64,000 nt of DNA from an uncultured Acidobacteriota bacterium (GCA_963797495.1 CAWCPN010000002.1:3240520-3304519); one strand, 5' to 3'; positions 1-10,684 are shown, counted from the first letter of the stretch. Notes: a model not told the origin generated them from the letters alone. Numbers and translations: made by a program.

Positions 1-236
1 TCGACGGCCACGAGCTCGCCACGAAGGCGATCGAGCACACGATCGCGTTCCTGATGCCGCCGGACGAGACGTTCGACGTCGGCGTCGACATGCGCACTCC
101 GGTGGACCGGAGCTACGAGGTTCCGTTCCGTTTTAACGGCAAGATCGACAAACTGACCATCAAGCTGGGCCCCTCGCAGCTGGCGGACCGTGATCAGAAG
201 AAGGCAGACGAGGCCATCGCCCGGGCGAGAGACTAG
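1..236 (+). CDS. 3' end of a gene truncated by the window start; the C-terminus resembles sulfatase family proteins (..PFRFNGKIDKLTIKLGP..)
   Basis: The reading frame is open from nt 3 through the stop at 234-236. The tail motif F-x-G-K-I-D-K-(V/L)-T-I-x-L is remembered from arylsulfatase C-termini. No N-terminal catalytic part is present in the window. Confidence 0.35.
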   Translation, partial: DGHELATKAIEHTIAFLMPPDETFDVGVDMRTPVDRSYEVPFRFNGKIDKLTIKLGPSQLADRDQKKADEAIARARD

Positions 237-295
237 GCGCGGATTCGACGGGGGAGCCCGCGGCGTCGGCGGCAAGGAGTTCGAAAGGAAGGGCC

Positions 296-685
296 GTGAG
301 CGAAACGCGCCTCGACGGGTCGGGAAGAGTCCTGGTCTTCGCCTCGGTGGTGGAGGCGGGGACGGGCCTGGCCCTGTTGATCGATCCGGCGCTCGTCGTT
401 CGATTGCTGGTGGGCGCCGAGCTCGCCGGCGCCGGTCAGCTCGTCGGCCGGTGTTTCGGAATCGCGCTCTTCGCGCTGGGGCTGGCCTGCTGGCCGCGTC
501 CAGCCGCGACCGCCGCCTTCCGGGCCATGCTGGTCTACAACGCGCTCATTGCGCTGTACCTGGGCGAACTGGGCACGATCGGCCACATGCGGGGCCTCCT
601 GCTCTGGCCGGCGGTGATCCTGCACGCCGCCGTGGCGCTCGCCCTGGTCGGGATCGGGGCAAAGACCCGAAAAATGAAGACCTGA
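296..685 (+). CDS. small hydrophobic membrane protein (hypothetical, 3-4 predicted TM)
   Basis: GTG start preceded by AAGGAAGG. The 129-aa product is Ala/Leu/Gly rich with several hydrophobic helices. Codon usage is consistent with the neighbouring genes. Confidence 0.45.
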   Translation: MSETRLDGSGRVLVFASVVEAGTGLALLIDPALVVRLLVGAELAGAGQLVGRCFGIALFALGLACWPRPAATAAFRAMLVYNALIALYLGELGTIGHMRGLLLWPAVILHAAVALALVGIGAKTRKMKT

Positions 686-691
686 CCCCGC

Positions 692-874
692 ATGTGGCGG
701 ACGATCTACCTGATGAAGCTCCCGCGGCTCGAGAAGCGCCTCCGGGTCGCCCTCGACTGGACGTGGGATCTCGTTTTCTCGAAGGACCTCGTCAAGTTTC
801 TCTCGCGGCGCAGGGAGACGATCTCCCAGCCGCAGGAGGAAGTCCGCGGCGCCATGGCGCGCGCCGCGGGTTAG
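692..874 (+). CDS. hypothetical small protein (60 aa)
   Basis: ATG 7 nt after the upstream stop. The product is non-low-complexity, Trp-rich and basic. There is no recognisable family. Confidence 0.2.
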   Translation: MWRTIYLMKLPRLEKRLRVALDWTWDLVFSKDLVKFLSRRRETISQPQEEVRGAMARAAG

Positions 875-897
875 GCTTTTCCGATCAAGGAGCTCCG

Positions 898-1398
898 ATG
901 CCGACGTTGACCGACCGCCTCTCGCGTTTCCGCCGCCTCGTCCTGCGCGTCTCGACGGGCCTGCGCTGGCTGCCACCGACCGTCGCCCGCCTGACCCTCG
1001 GGTGGGTGTTCGTCGAGTCCGGGTGGGGCAAGCTGCACAACCTCGAGAAGGTGATCGGGTACTTCACGGACCTGGGCATTCCGGCGCCCCAGATCCAGGC
1101 GCCGCTCGCCGCCGGCACCGAGTTCGTGTGCGGGGTCCTCATGCTGCTCGGCCTCGCCACCCGGCTGGCGAGTCTGCCGCTGATCGGCACCATGATCGTG
1201 GCGATCCTCACGGCGCGACGCAGCGAGATCACCGGGATCTCCGACGTCTTCGGGTTCATCGAGTACCTCTACATCGCCCTCTGCCTGTGGCTCGGGGCCT
1301 ACGGCGCGGGCCCGATCTCCCTCGATGCGGTTTTCGGCAGAAAGTTCGAGGCGGGCGAGCGTCCGCTCGGCATCCGCGAAGGGGCGCTCGTCCCCTGA
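898..1398 (+). CDS. DoxX family membrane protein
   Basis: ATG with AAGGAG 6 nt upstream. The 166-aa product has a typical DoxX pattern (..GWVFVESGWGKL..GIPAP..) with four hydrophobic helices. Confidence 0.75.
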   Translation: MPTLTDRLSRFRRLVLRVSTGLRWLPPTVARLTLGWVFVESGWGKLHNLEKVIGYFTDLGIPAPQIQAPLAAGTEFVCGVLMLLGLATRLASLPLIGTMIVAILTARRSEITGISDVFGFIEYLYIALCLWLGAYGAGPISLDAVFGRKFEAGERPLGIREGALVP

Positions 1399-1796
1399 GT
1401 TTCTGAAAAATTTCCGGGGGGGATGAAACCGCGGCGCGCGAGCGCCGCGGTTGGCGTTTGGACCGCTGCGGGCCTCCAAGTTCCCGGAGTCCGCCGTCGG
1501 GGATCCCGGCGGCGCCCGAGCGCATCCCGCCGATCGCCGGCCTCGTCAGCGCGAGGCCGCGCGCGGTCATCGATTTCGGGTTCGTCCCGGGCCTTCACGT
1601 TCTTGGGCGATCGTTCGGAAAAGCGAAATCGTCGTTGTTCGCTTCCGCGTCGGCCGCGAGCTCGTCCCCCGCGACGGGTCTTGCGTCCGCGCCCGAGCGC
1701 GTTCCGGCCCGTTCGCGCGCGGGTCGCCCGTGGCACCCGCGTTGCTCCCTCGGCGGTCAGGCGCCGTGCGTGCGGCGCCGCAGAAAGGAGCGGACA

Positions 1797-4704
1797 ATGA
1801 TGACCACCAGAAGTCCCGGGTTCCGGAGGGCGTGGATTGCGGTCGCGGCCCTGGCGGCCGTGCTCGCGTTCGCGTCGCTCGCGGCCGCGCAGCAGCTCAC
1901 GGGCAACATCATCGGCTACGTCGCCGACGAGCAGGGCGGGCGCCTGCCCGGGGTCAGCGTCACGCTCACGGGCGTGGGCGCGGCGAAGACCCAGACGACG
2001 GACGCCCGCGGCGAGTATCGTTTCGTCAGCCTGGGCCCCGGCGTCTACACGCTCGAGTACGAGCTGCAGGGGTTCGGCAAGGTCACCAAGCCCGACGTCA
2101 AGGTCTCGGTCGGGCAGAACACGGAGACGAGCGGGATTCTCCGGATCTCGGGCATCGAGACCGACGTCGTCGTGAGGGGAGAGCAGCCGCTCCTCGACAC
2201 GCGCCAGGTCCAGACCGGCGCCGTCGTCGACCAGACGGAGCTCCAGGCGATCCCGACGGCGCGCGATCCGTGGGTCATTCTCTCGACGGTGCCGGGCGTG
2301 CAGCTCGACCGGGTCAACGTCGGCGGCAACGAGAGCGGCCAGCAGTCGACCTACGTCGGCAAGGGCGCGGACTCGAGCCAGAACACCTGGAACCTCGACG
2401 GCGTCACGATCACCGACATGGGCGCACTCGGGTCCTCCCCGACCTACTACGACTTCGAGTCGTTCGAGGAGATCCAGGCCACGACCGGGGGCAGCGACGT
2501 CACCGCCACTTCGCCGGGCGTACAGCTGAATCTCGTCACCAAGCGCGGCACCAACGACATCCACGGCTCCGCCCGGTACTACCTGGCCGACGGCGACCTC
2601 CAGTGGAACAACGTCACCGCCGAAGACCAGGCGCAGGGCGTGACCAACGGGGGCAACCGGATCAACGAGGTCCAGGACTACGGCGTCGAGATCGGCGGCC
2701 CGCTGGTGCGCGACCGGCTCTGGATCTGGGGCGCCGCCGGGCGCAACCAGATCAACCTCTTCAACGCCCAGGGCAATCCGGACGATACGAAACTCGTGGA
2801 CTACAGCGCCAAGGTCAATCTGCAGCTCTTCGACTCCACGGCGCTGGCCGGGAACTTCTCCAACGGCAACAAGCAGAAGTTCGGCCGCAACGTCAGCTTC
2901 TCCCGGCCGCCGCCCGCCTCCTGGAACCAGGACGGCCCGACGACCATCTGGCGGGGCGAGGTCTCGCAGGTCTTCTCGTCGTCCCTGTTCGCCTCGGCGT
3001 CCTACTCGTCGGTCTCGAGCGGTTTCTCGCTCACGCCGCAGGGCGGGATCGACGTGAACGACCTCTACATCAACACCGACGGCCAGTTCATCGGCAGCTA
3101 CCTCTACGCCGACACCGTCCGCCCCCAGCAGCAGGCCACGGCCAACGGCTCGTACTTCTTCTCGACCGGGGAGCTCGGCCACGAGCTGAAATTCGGCTTC
3201 AACTACCGCACGACCAACGTCGAGTCGAATTCCTTCTGGCCGGGCAACGGCAACGTCGGTGACCTCGCCGACTTCAACGCGCCCGCCGCCCTCCTGACGC
3301 GGCCGGCCGTCCTCGACTCGACGCTGGACTACTACAGCGGCTACCTGGCGGACACGCTGACGCTGGGGAACCTGACGATCAATGCCGGAGTCCGTTTCGA
3401 CTCGCAGAAGGGGCGCAACCTCGCGACCACGACGCCCGCCAATCCCGTGATCCCGGACCTCCTGCCGGCCGTCACCGCGCCCGGCGGAGCGACTCCGTTC
3501 ACCTGGGAGGACGTCGTGCCGCGCGTGGGGGCGACCTACGCCCTCGGCGCCGACCGGAAGACGCTGCTCCGGGCGAGTTACTCGCAGTATGCGGACCAGC
3601 TCGGTTCGGCGGCGATCGGCTTCATCAGTGCGGGGCAGATCGCCGGTCTCTACTATTACTGGAACGACGCCAACGGGGATTTCGTCGTGACGCGCGACGA
3701 GCTCGACCTCTCGAACCTCATCGCCAGCTATGGCGTCGACCCGGCGAACCCGGGCTCGGCCATTTCCGCCAACCGCATCGATCCCAACCTGAAGGCGGGC
3801 AAGACGACCGAGGTCATCGGCGGCATCGAGCGCGAGCTGTCCGACGACCTCGTGGTCGGCGTCAGCTACACCTACCGCAAATACACGGGCGCAGCTCTAT
3901 CCCCACCGGACGGGCCTCACCGAGGACGACTACGAGGTGGGGGGCGTCCTGACGGGAACGCTGTTCGACGGCTCGCCCTTCAGTCAGCCGTACTACCAGT
4001 TGAAGCCCGGCGTCGGGGTTCCGGCCGGCGTCACGCTGGAGAACCGGCCCGACTGGAACACCGTCTACAACGGCGTCGAGCTTTCGTTTCAGAAGCGGTT
4101 GACCGACAAATGGCTCGTCCGCGGCAGCGGCACCTACCAGACCTGGAACCAGAATGGCGGCGCCGGCTCCTGCTACGACCCGACGAGCGACCGCGGCGGC
4201 AACAACGAGCTCTGGCCCGGGACGGCGATCGCGATCCAGACCGGTTCGACCTGCGCGGGCAACGACATCGCGGCGTTTCCCGCCGGCTCGAACAGCGGCT
4301 CGCGCAACGAGGTCTTCCTCAACGCGCGGTGGCTCTTCAACGTCGGCGCCCTGTACCAGCTCCCGGCGGGCTTCGCCGTCGCGGGCAATTTCTTCGGCCG
4401 CGAGGGCTACCCGTACGTCAACTACTACCGGTTCGATCCGGGCGACGGCCTCGGGACCCGGGACAACGTCATCGGCAAGCTCTCCGATCATCGGTACGAC
4501 GACGTCTACGAGCTCGACCTGCGCCTCGAGAAGGTGATCGCGGTCAACCCTCTCCAGATCACCCTCGCGGCCGACGTCTTCAACGTCCTCAACCAGGGCA
4601 CCATCCTGCAGAGGAACGCCCGCGTGGACGTTTCCGCCTACGACAGCATCATCGAGATGCAGAGCCCGCGCGTCGTTCGCTTCGGCGCGCGAATCGGCTT
4701 CTAG
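1797..4704 (+). CDS. TonB-dependent outer-membrane receptor with N-terminal carboxypeptidase-regulatory-like domain, interrupted by one frameshift near 3890
   Basis: The signal peptide MMTTRSPGFRRAWIAVAALAAVLAFASLAAAQQ is followed by the CarboxypepD_reg motif YRFVSLGPGVYTL, a plug and a barrel. The barrel is continuous in frame 0 to about 3893 (..YTYRKYTG) and then continues in frame +1 (QLYPHRTGLTEDDYEVGG..). It ends with the canonical C-terminal aromatic motif ..RFGARIGF. A leader of about 400 nt precedes the ATG. Confidence 0.8.
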
Positions 4705-4956
4705 GCGGCCGCCTCCGGCACTCTCCGTGGCGGGCCTTCCCGGGGCCCGCCCTTTCTGTCTGCCCTGGGGCCGGGAGCGGCCGGGGCCGCCCTTCGTGGC
4801 AAGATACGGGCCCTGAGCGAGAAGAGCCCCGATTCGACCGCGCGCATCCCGCCCCCCCGCGGTTTCGACGTCGTCTGTCTCCCGATCATCGATTGGGGAT
4901 TTCGCGTCCAGCGGCCGCAGCAGCTCCTGAAGCCTTTCGCCGCGGCGGGGCACCGC

Positions 4957-7900
4957 GTGTTCTACGGGAAGACCTCTTTTCTCGGCCTCGACCGGGAGCC
5001 GGAGCTGGCGGAAGTCGCGGAGCGCGTTTTCGAGATCGGGCTGCCGGGCGAGCACGACTTCGACCTCTACGGGAGGACCGTCGGCGGCGAAACGCTCGAC
5101 CAGGCGTTCGCCGGGATCGCGGAGCTCGCCGAGCGGCACGGGATCCGGGACGCCGTGGTTCTCGTGCAGTACCCCTCGTGGGAGCCCCTGTCGCGGAGGC
5201 TGCGCGAGGAGCTCGGGTGGCGGGTCGTCTACGACTGCATGGACGACCACTCGGGGTTCGGAACGCACGGGCCAGACACGGCGGCCGACGAGGAGCGGCT
5301 CCTGCGCGGCGCCGACCTCGTCCTCGTGACCTCCTCGAAGCTCGAGGAGCGCGTGCGGCGGGTTCGCCCGGACGCCCTGCGCCTCCCGAATGCGGGCGAC
5401 GAGCGGCACTTCGCGCGGCTCCCGCCGCGGGCCGCGAGCCCGCTCGCGCGCCTGCCGCGCCCGGTCGTCGGGTACTACGGCGCCATCTCCGCCTGGTTCG
5501 ACGGCCCGGCGGTCCGGCAAGCCGCGGCGCGGTATCCGGACTGGTCCTTCGCGCTCATCGGCGACACGCGCGGCGCCGAGCTCGGGGATCTCGCCACGCG
5601 CCCGAACGTGCACCTGACGGGAGAAGTGGCCTACGGAGAGCTGCCGTCCTATCTCGCGGCCTTCGACGTCTGCACGATCCCGTTCCGGCGGACGCCGCTG
5701 ACCGAGGCCACCAATCCCGTCAAGATCTTCGAATACTTCGCCACGGGCAAGCCCGTGGTCGCCCGGCGCCTGCCGGAGCTCGAGCCGTACTCCGACGTTG
5801 TGGACCTGTACGAGACTTCCGCCGAGTTCGTCGCGGCGCTCGAGCGCGCGATCCGCGAGGGCGTGTCCCCGGGACCGGCGGCGGACCGGCGGCGCCGACT
5901 CGCGCGGGAGAACACCTGGCAGGCGCGATACGAGGCGCTGCGGGAGCGACTCGATGCAATCCCCTCGCCCCGACCCTCGCCCTCGGGGAGAGGGGGCACG
6001 GTTGCGCCGGCCTCGGACGCGGTGGACCGGCGCGTCAAGGAGATCCGGCGGCTCGCCGCCATCGTCCGGGAGCGGGAGGAGGGCATCCGGTTTCTGCAGG
6101 GAGAGCTCGCGGGCCTCGAGCGCCAGCTTCGCGGCAACATCGAGGACCTGGAAACCCAGCTCGCCCGGGCCGAGGAGACCTCGGAGGCCCGGGGCGCGCA
6201 TCTGTCCGCCGTTCTCGAGGAGCTCTCGCGCTGGGAGAACTCGCGCCTCGGGCAGCTTCGTAGGGCGGCCGAACGCGTCCGAGGGGTTCCCGGCTCGGCC
6301 CGGCGGGCGCTCGGGCGGGCGACCGCGCCCGGGACCCCGCTCTTCGAGATCGGCCGTCGGACCATTCCGCGCCCCTTCGCCCGGTACCTGCGGCGGACGT
6401 TCGCCCCCGTGGCGCAGCCCGAGAAGCTCGTGACGCTGCCGGCCGACGCGCCGCGCCGCCAGGACGCCGTGCCGGCCGTGCCGTCGGGCCATTACGACGT
6501 CGTCGTCTTCTCGATCATCGACTGGGACTTCCGCTTCCAGCGGCCGCAACAGCTGGCGACGCAGTTCGGCCGCCACGGCCACCGCGTCCTGTACCTGTCG
6601 ACCACGAAGTTTCTGGCGCCGGGCGGTCCGGCCTGGGACCTGGCCCGCAAGGCCGAGAACGTGGGGGAGTTGCGCATCCGGTCGCGCCGCGCCCTCGGTA
6701 TCTACAGCGGCCGTCTCGAGGAGGCCGACCTCGACACGCTCGTCGCCGCCTTCGAGTCCCTGGCACGCGACCTCGCCATGGGCGACACGGTCGGCGTCGT
6801 CCAGATTCCGTTCTGGGCCCCGCTCGCCGAACGGCTGCGCGAGCGGCTCGGCTGGCGCGTGGTGTACGACTGCATGGACGAGTGGACGAACTTTCCGGGC
6901 TTCGGCCAGAGCGTGCTGTCGCTCGAGGAGAATCTCGTCCGCCGCGCCGACGTGACCGTCGTTTCGGCCGACCGGCTGCTCGAGAAGTGGAAGGGTGTCG
7001 CCCCGCGGCTCACACTCGCGAAGAACGGCATCGACGCGGAGCACTACCGCCGCCTCTATGGTCCGAACGCGCTCCTGAAGGACGCCCGGCGGCCGATCAT
7101 CGGCTACTACGGGGCGCTGGCGTCCTGGGTGGACGTGCCGCTCCTGACGAAGATCGCCGACGCGCATCCGGACGCGACGATCGTGCTCGCGGGCGGCCAC
7201 TTCGACGTGGACCTCTCGCCGATCGTCTCGCGAAGCAACCTCCGGCTTCTCGGCCAGCGGCCCTACGAGGAGATGCCGAAGCTCCTCTGGAGCTTCGACG
7301 CCTGCGTGATCCCGTTTCTCGTCAACGACATCACCGAGGCCACCAACCCGGTCAAGTTCTACGAGTACCTCTACGGCGGCAAGCCCGTCGTCGCCCCGGC
7401 GTTGACGGAGCTTCTGCCGTACGCGGACATCTCCTACCTCGCCCGCGGCCACGACGAGTTCCTGGCCCAGCTTTCCCGGGCGCTGGCCGAGCCGACGGAC
7501 GACCCGCGCCGGGCGAAGCGCCGCCAGGTCGCCGAGGAGAACGACTGGGCGCACCGGTACGCGGCGATCGACGCCGGCCTCGCCGAAGCACACCCTCTCG
7601 TCTCGGTCGTCGTGGTGACCTACGGCGGCCTGGAGCTGACGAGGGCCTGCCTCGACTCGCTCGACCGCGAGACCTGGCCGCGCCTGGAGATCCTCGTCGT
7701 CGACAACGCCTCCAACGACGGCACCCCCGAATACCTGCGCGAGGCCGCGGCCCGGGAGCCCCGGATCCGGACGATCCTCAACGCCGAGAATCGCGGTTTC
7801 GCCGCCGCCAACAACCAGGGGATCGCCGCTTCGAGCGGCGAGGTCGTCGTGCTCTTGAACAACGACACGGTGGTTCCGCCGGGCCTCATGGGCATGCTCG

Positions 7901-8391
7901 TCCGGCACCTCGAGCGGGATCCTTCCATCGGCCTCCTGTGCCCCACGACCAACTTCTGCGGCAATGAGGCCCGGGTGGAACCGGATTACGAAGAGATCGG
8001 CGGGCTTCCGAACTTTGCCGCCCGCCGCGCCGAGGCGCATCGCGGCCGCGTCTTCGACATCGGTGTCGCGGCGATGTACTGCGTCGCCGCCCGGCGGGCC
8101 GTCCTCGACGACGTCGGGCCTCTCGACGAGGCGTACGGGATCGGCATGTTCGAGGACGACGACTTCGCCGTCCGGATGCGTGCGAAGGGCTACCGCGTCG
8201 CCTGCGCCGAGGACGCCTACGTCCATCACGTCGGCCAGGGGGCCTTCCGCAAGCTCTCGCCCGCGGCCTACGACGCGCTCTGGAAGAAGAACCAGGCCTA
8301 CTTCGAGAAGAAGTTCGGGGTCGAATGGAAGAAGCACATCCCGCGCGAGGGGGTGGCGGCGGTGGCGTCGAAGGTGGGGGCGGAGTCCTGA
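4957..8391 (+). CDS. tri-domain glycosyltransferase: GT4-like module, coiled coil, second GT4-like module, then a GT2 (DxD) module. The true start lies upstream of 4957 (about 4800-4950).
   Basis: An internal duplication is visible. FDVVCLPIIDWGFRVQRPQQL (encoded from about 4865) matches YDVVVFSIIDWDFRFQRPQQL (about 6490). Both modules carry an EX7E-like motif, EATNPVKIFEY and EATNPVKFYEY. Residues about 355-440 are heptad-like and Glu/Arg/Leu rich, which suggests a coiled coil. The C-terminal module has VSVVVVTYGG..ILVVDNASNDGT..NRGFAAANNQG, typical of GT2. The frame is open back to the TonB stop at 4704 with no ATG, GTG or TTG, so the start is non-canonical or lost to an indel. A 7-C run at 4849-4857 is a candidate site. 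Confidence 0.8.
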   Translation: MFYGKTSFLGLDREPELAEVAERVFEIGLPGEHDFDLYGRTVGGETLDQAFAGIAELAERHGIRDAVVLVQYPSWEPLSRRLREELGWRVVYDCMDDHSGFGTHGPDTAADEERLLRGADLVLVTSSKLEERVRRVRPDALRLPNAGDERHFARLPPRAASPLARLPRPVVGYYGAISAWFDGPAVRQAAARYPDWSFALIGDTRGAELGDLATRPNVHLTGEVAYGELPSYLAAFDVCTIPFRRTPLTEATNPVKIFEYFATGKPVVARRLPELEPYSDVVDLYETSAEFVAALERAIREGVSPGPAADRRRRLARENTWQARYEALRERLDAIPSPRPSPSGRGGTVAPASDAVDRRVKEIRRLAAIVREREEGIRFLQGELAGLERQLRGNIEDLETQLARAEETSEARGAHLSAVLEELSRWENSRLGQLRRAAERVRGVPGSARRALGRATAPGTPLFEIGRRTIPRPFARYLRRTFAPVAQPEKLVTLPADAPRRQDAVPAVPSGHYDVVVFSIIDWDFRFQRPQQLATQFGRHGHRVLYLSTTKFLAPGGPAWDLARKAENVGELRIRSRRALGIYSGRLEEADLDTLVAAFESLARDLAMGDTVGVVQIPFWAPLAERLRERLGWRVVYDCMDEWTNFPGFGQSVLSLEENLVRRADVTVVSADRLLEKWKGVAPRLTLAKNGIDAEHYRRLYGPNALLKDARRPIIGYYGALASWVDVPLLTKIADAHPDATIVLAGGHFDVDLSPIVSRSNLRLLGQRPYEEMPKLLWSFDACVIPFLVNDITEATNPVKFYEYLYGGKPVVAPALTELLPYADISYLARGHDEFLAQLSRALAEPTDDPRRAKRRQVAEENDWAHRYAAIDAGLAEAHPLVSVVVVTYGGLELTRACLDSLDRETWPRLEILVVDNASNDGTPEYLREAAAREPRIRTILNAENRGFAAANNQGIAASSGEVVVLLNNDTVVPPGLMGMLVRHLERDPSIGLLCPTTNFCGNEARVEPDYEEIGGLPNFAARRAEAHRGRVFDIGVAAMYCVAARRAVLDDVGPLDEAYGIGMFEDDDFAVRMRAKGYRVACAEDAYVHHVGQGAFRKLSPAAYDALWKKNQAYFEKKFGVEWKKHIPREGVAAVASKVGAES

Positions 8392-8441
8392 GGCTCGGTG
8401 GGCCGGTCGGCCGCGTGGCTCTCAACCGGTGGCTTTGTGGC

Positions 8442-9854
8442 ATGGCCGTTGTCGTGGCCGGCGCCATCCTTTCGCTGCAGCTGCTGGTGCCTCCGGTCGT
8501 GGGACTGGCGGACAACGGAGACTTCGAAAAGGTCATGGCCCCGGTCGGCCTGGCATATCCGACCGCGAGCTACGGCGAGCGGCACTGGTCCTGGGCGCTG
8601 ACCCGTTTTTCGGTCGTGGCTCCGCGGCCTTCCAACAGCGGCGCCCTCTATTCGGAGATTCTGGTGGCCGGCATGGCCGCCCGACTCAGCCGCTGGCTGC
8701 GGCCGGAGGGCGCCCGAGTCTTCGACATTCGGACTCTCGGAGCGGTCCACATCGTGGTGCTGCTCGGCGCGATCGCGCTGATCCTCGCAGCCTGTCGGGA
8801 CCTGGCGCCCGTCACGCAGGTTGCCGTCGCCGTCCTTCTCGTCTTTTTCTTCACGGACGTCGGCTACGCCGCCTGTTTCAACTCTCTGTACGGGCAGACG
8901 GCGTCTTTCCTGTTTCTCTTCTATCTGGTTGGGATCGCGGGACTGGCGGTGCGGCGGGGCGGCCTGTCGTGGCCGCTCCTCGGCGGATACGTTCTCTGCG
9001 CAGTCCTGTTCCTGGCGTCCAAGCCCCAGGAGTGCATCCACGGGCCGGTCCTCGCGCTGTTGGGCGTGGCCCTCGCCGGCCCCAGGAAGGGCTGGGTCGC
9101 GGCGGGCCTCGGCGTCGCGCTGATCGCCTTTTCCGCCTGGTACTACTACGACGCGATCCCGGAGCTCGAGATCCGGAAAGTCGCGCGGTACCACACGGTC
9201 TTCATGGAGCTTCTTCCGAATTCGCCGCAACCCGCGCGCGATCTCGCCGAGCTCGGCCTCGACGCGGATCTCATCCGATACTCGGGGATCCACGCATACC
9301 TCCCGACGTCTCCGATCGGAGATCCCGGCTTTCAGGCCCGGTTCTTCGAGCGATTCGGGTACCGCAAGCTCCTCGTCTTCTACGCCACCCACCCGTCCCG
9401 CCTGTTCGATCGCACCCGAAGGGCGGCCCGGCGTGCCTTCCGCCTCCGGCCCGCGTCGCTGGGTAATTTCGCCGAGGATGCCGGACGCCCGGCCGGCGAG
9501 CAGACGAGGCGGTTTGCCGCGTGGAGCGATCTGCGGCTCCGGCTGGGTCGCCGGGGACTCCTCTGGCTGGGCCTCGCGCTCGGTGGCACGGCGCTCTTCG
9601 TGGGCCACGGGTTCGGACGGGCCTCGCCGCGCGGGCGGTCGTTTCGCACGGCGCTCGGAGCTCTCGTGATCATGGCGACCGTCGAATTCTTCGTGTGCGC
9701 TCTGGCGGACTTTCTCGGCGACCTGCCGCGGCACCTCTACGCCTTCCAGGCGATGTTCGACCTCATTCTGATCGCGGATGCGGGATGGCTGGTGCAGTCA
9801 TTCGTCTCCTGGAGCCGGCGTCGCGCCTTGAGCCTCGCACCCGGATCGGCCTGA
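8442..9854 (+). CDS. polytopic integral membrane protein (hypothetical; possible membrane glycosyltransferase or polymerase of the glycan locus)
   Basis: ATG at residue 40 of ORF 8325..9854. About 10 predicted TM helices followed by a soluble Arg-rich tail. The gene lies immediately downstream of the tri-domain GT. Confidence 0.55.
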   Translation: MAVVVAGAILSLQLLVPPVVGLADNGDFEKVMAPVGLAYPTASYGERHWSWALTRFSVVAPRPSNSGALYSEILVAGMAARLSRWLRPEGARVFDIRTLGAVHIVVLLGAIALILAACRDLAPVTQVAVAVLLVFFFTDVGYAACFNSLYGQTASFLFLFYLVGIAGLAVRRGGLSWPLLGGYVLCAVLFLASKPQECIHGPVLALLGVALAGPRKGWVAAGLGVALIAFSAWYYYDAIPELEIRKVARYHTVFMELLPNSPQPARDLAELGLDADLIRYSGIHAYLPTSPIGDPGFQARFFERFGYRKLLVFYATHPSRLFDRTRRAARRAFRLRPASLGNFAEDAGRPAGEQTRRFAAWSDLRLRLGRRGLLWLGLALGGTALFVGHGFGRASPRGRSFRTALGALVIMATVEFFVCALADFLGDLPRHLYAFQAMFDLILIADAGWLVQSFVSWSRRRALSLAPGSA

Positions 9855-9862
9855 GCGAGACC

Positions 9863-10684
9863 CTAACGCGGCGTGTCGCGATGGCGCAGCAGGACCGTGT
9901 CCTGGCTCTTCTGCATGCGCAGAGCCTGGATGTCGAGGACGTCGAAGAATCGCACCCACTGGCGGCGGATGTAATCGTGTGTATGGAAGGTGTTCTGGTA
10001 GAACGCAGGGAGGTCGATGGACTGACCGTAGACTCCGTCGACGTAGAGGAAGCCCTCGCGGCGGATTCGCTCGAGCCGGTCGCCGGAGAACTGACTGTAG
10101 TGGTGTTCTCCGCTCGTCGTCACGACGAGCAGGGCGCCCGGCCTGGTGATTCGCCGTAGCTCCCCGAGCCACGCGAGCTGCATGTCCTCGGGCAGATGCG
10201 TGAAGACGCTGATGCCGATGATGAGGTCGAAGTACTCGTCGGGGTAGGGCAACGGCGGCAGGTGGGGAGAAAGGCGAAACTCGCCATAGCGACCGTACCT
10301 GCGCTGCAGGAATCCGATCGCCTCCTCGTCGATGTCCGTTCCGTGGGTCTCGCAACCCGGATACAGGGTCTTCAGCGCGCGGATGGTCCGGCCGCAGCCG
10401 CATCCCCAGTCGAGGACGCGCTGAAAGCTCGCCAGATCCTGGTCAACGACCGAGAGGACCGAATTCAAGTCATCGCAGATCGAGAAACCGCTCTCGATGA
10501 AGCCCGGGACGTAGCCACCGACGACCCTCACCTGCATGTGCTTGGGCGGCGGCAGGACGATCCCCTCGTGGCGGACCACCGCGCGGAGCTGCTCGACGGT
10601 GGCTTCGAGGTCTTCGATACGGCCGCGCTTCTCCGCGAGATCGGCCTCCCGCCACTGTTCGAGTCTCTCGATGCGCGGGCCCAT
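9863..10684 (-). CDS. class I SAM-dependent methyltransferase with N-terminal coiled-coil extension
   Basis: Motif I is VLDWGCGCGRTIRAL and the post-I acidic residue is in THGTDIDEEAI. The N-terminus RIERLEQWREADLAEKRGRIEDLEATVEQLRAV is a predicted coiled coil. An alternative TTG start at 10765 would overlap the upstream TGA (TTGA). Confidence 0.7.
   Translation of the reverse strand: MGPRIERLEQWREADLAEKRGRIEDLEATVEQLRAVVRHEGIVLPPPKHMQVRVVGGYVPGFIESGFSICDDLNSVLSVVDQDLASFQRVLDWGCGCGRTIRALKTLYPGCETHGTDIDEEAIGFLQRRYGRYGEFRLSPHLPPLPYPDEYFDLIIGISVFTHLPEDMQLAWLGELRRITRPGALLVVTTSGEHHYSQFSGDRLERIRREGFLYVDGVYGQSIDLPAFYQNTFHTHDYIRRQWVRFFDVLDIQALRMQKSQDTVLLRHRDTPR

Noticed and set aside
1458-6263. 1601-aa plus-strand ORF as a single protein
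   Set aside because: Only 1797 to about 3893 is the TonB receptor. Beyond the frameshift this frame becomes Arg/Pro/Gly-rich nonsense while the barrel continues in the +1 frame to 4704.
3862-8337. 1491-aa minus-strand ORF antisense to the TonB receptor and the tri-domain GT
   Set aside because: Arg/Gly/Ala/Pro low-complexity translation typical of antisense frames in roughly 70% GC DNA. The sense strand encodes clearly conserved proteins.
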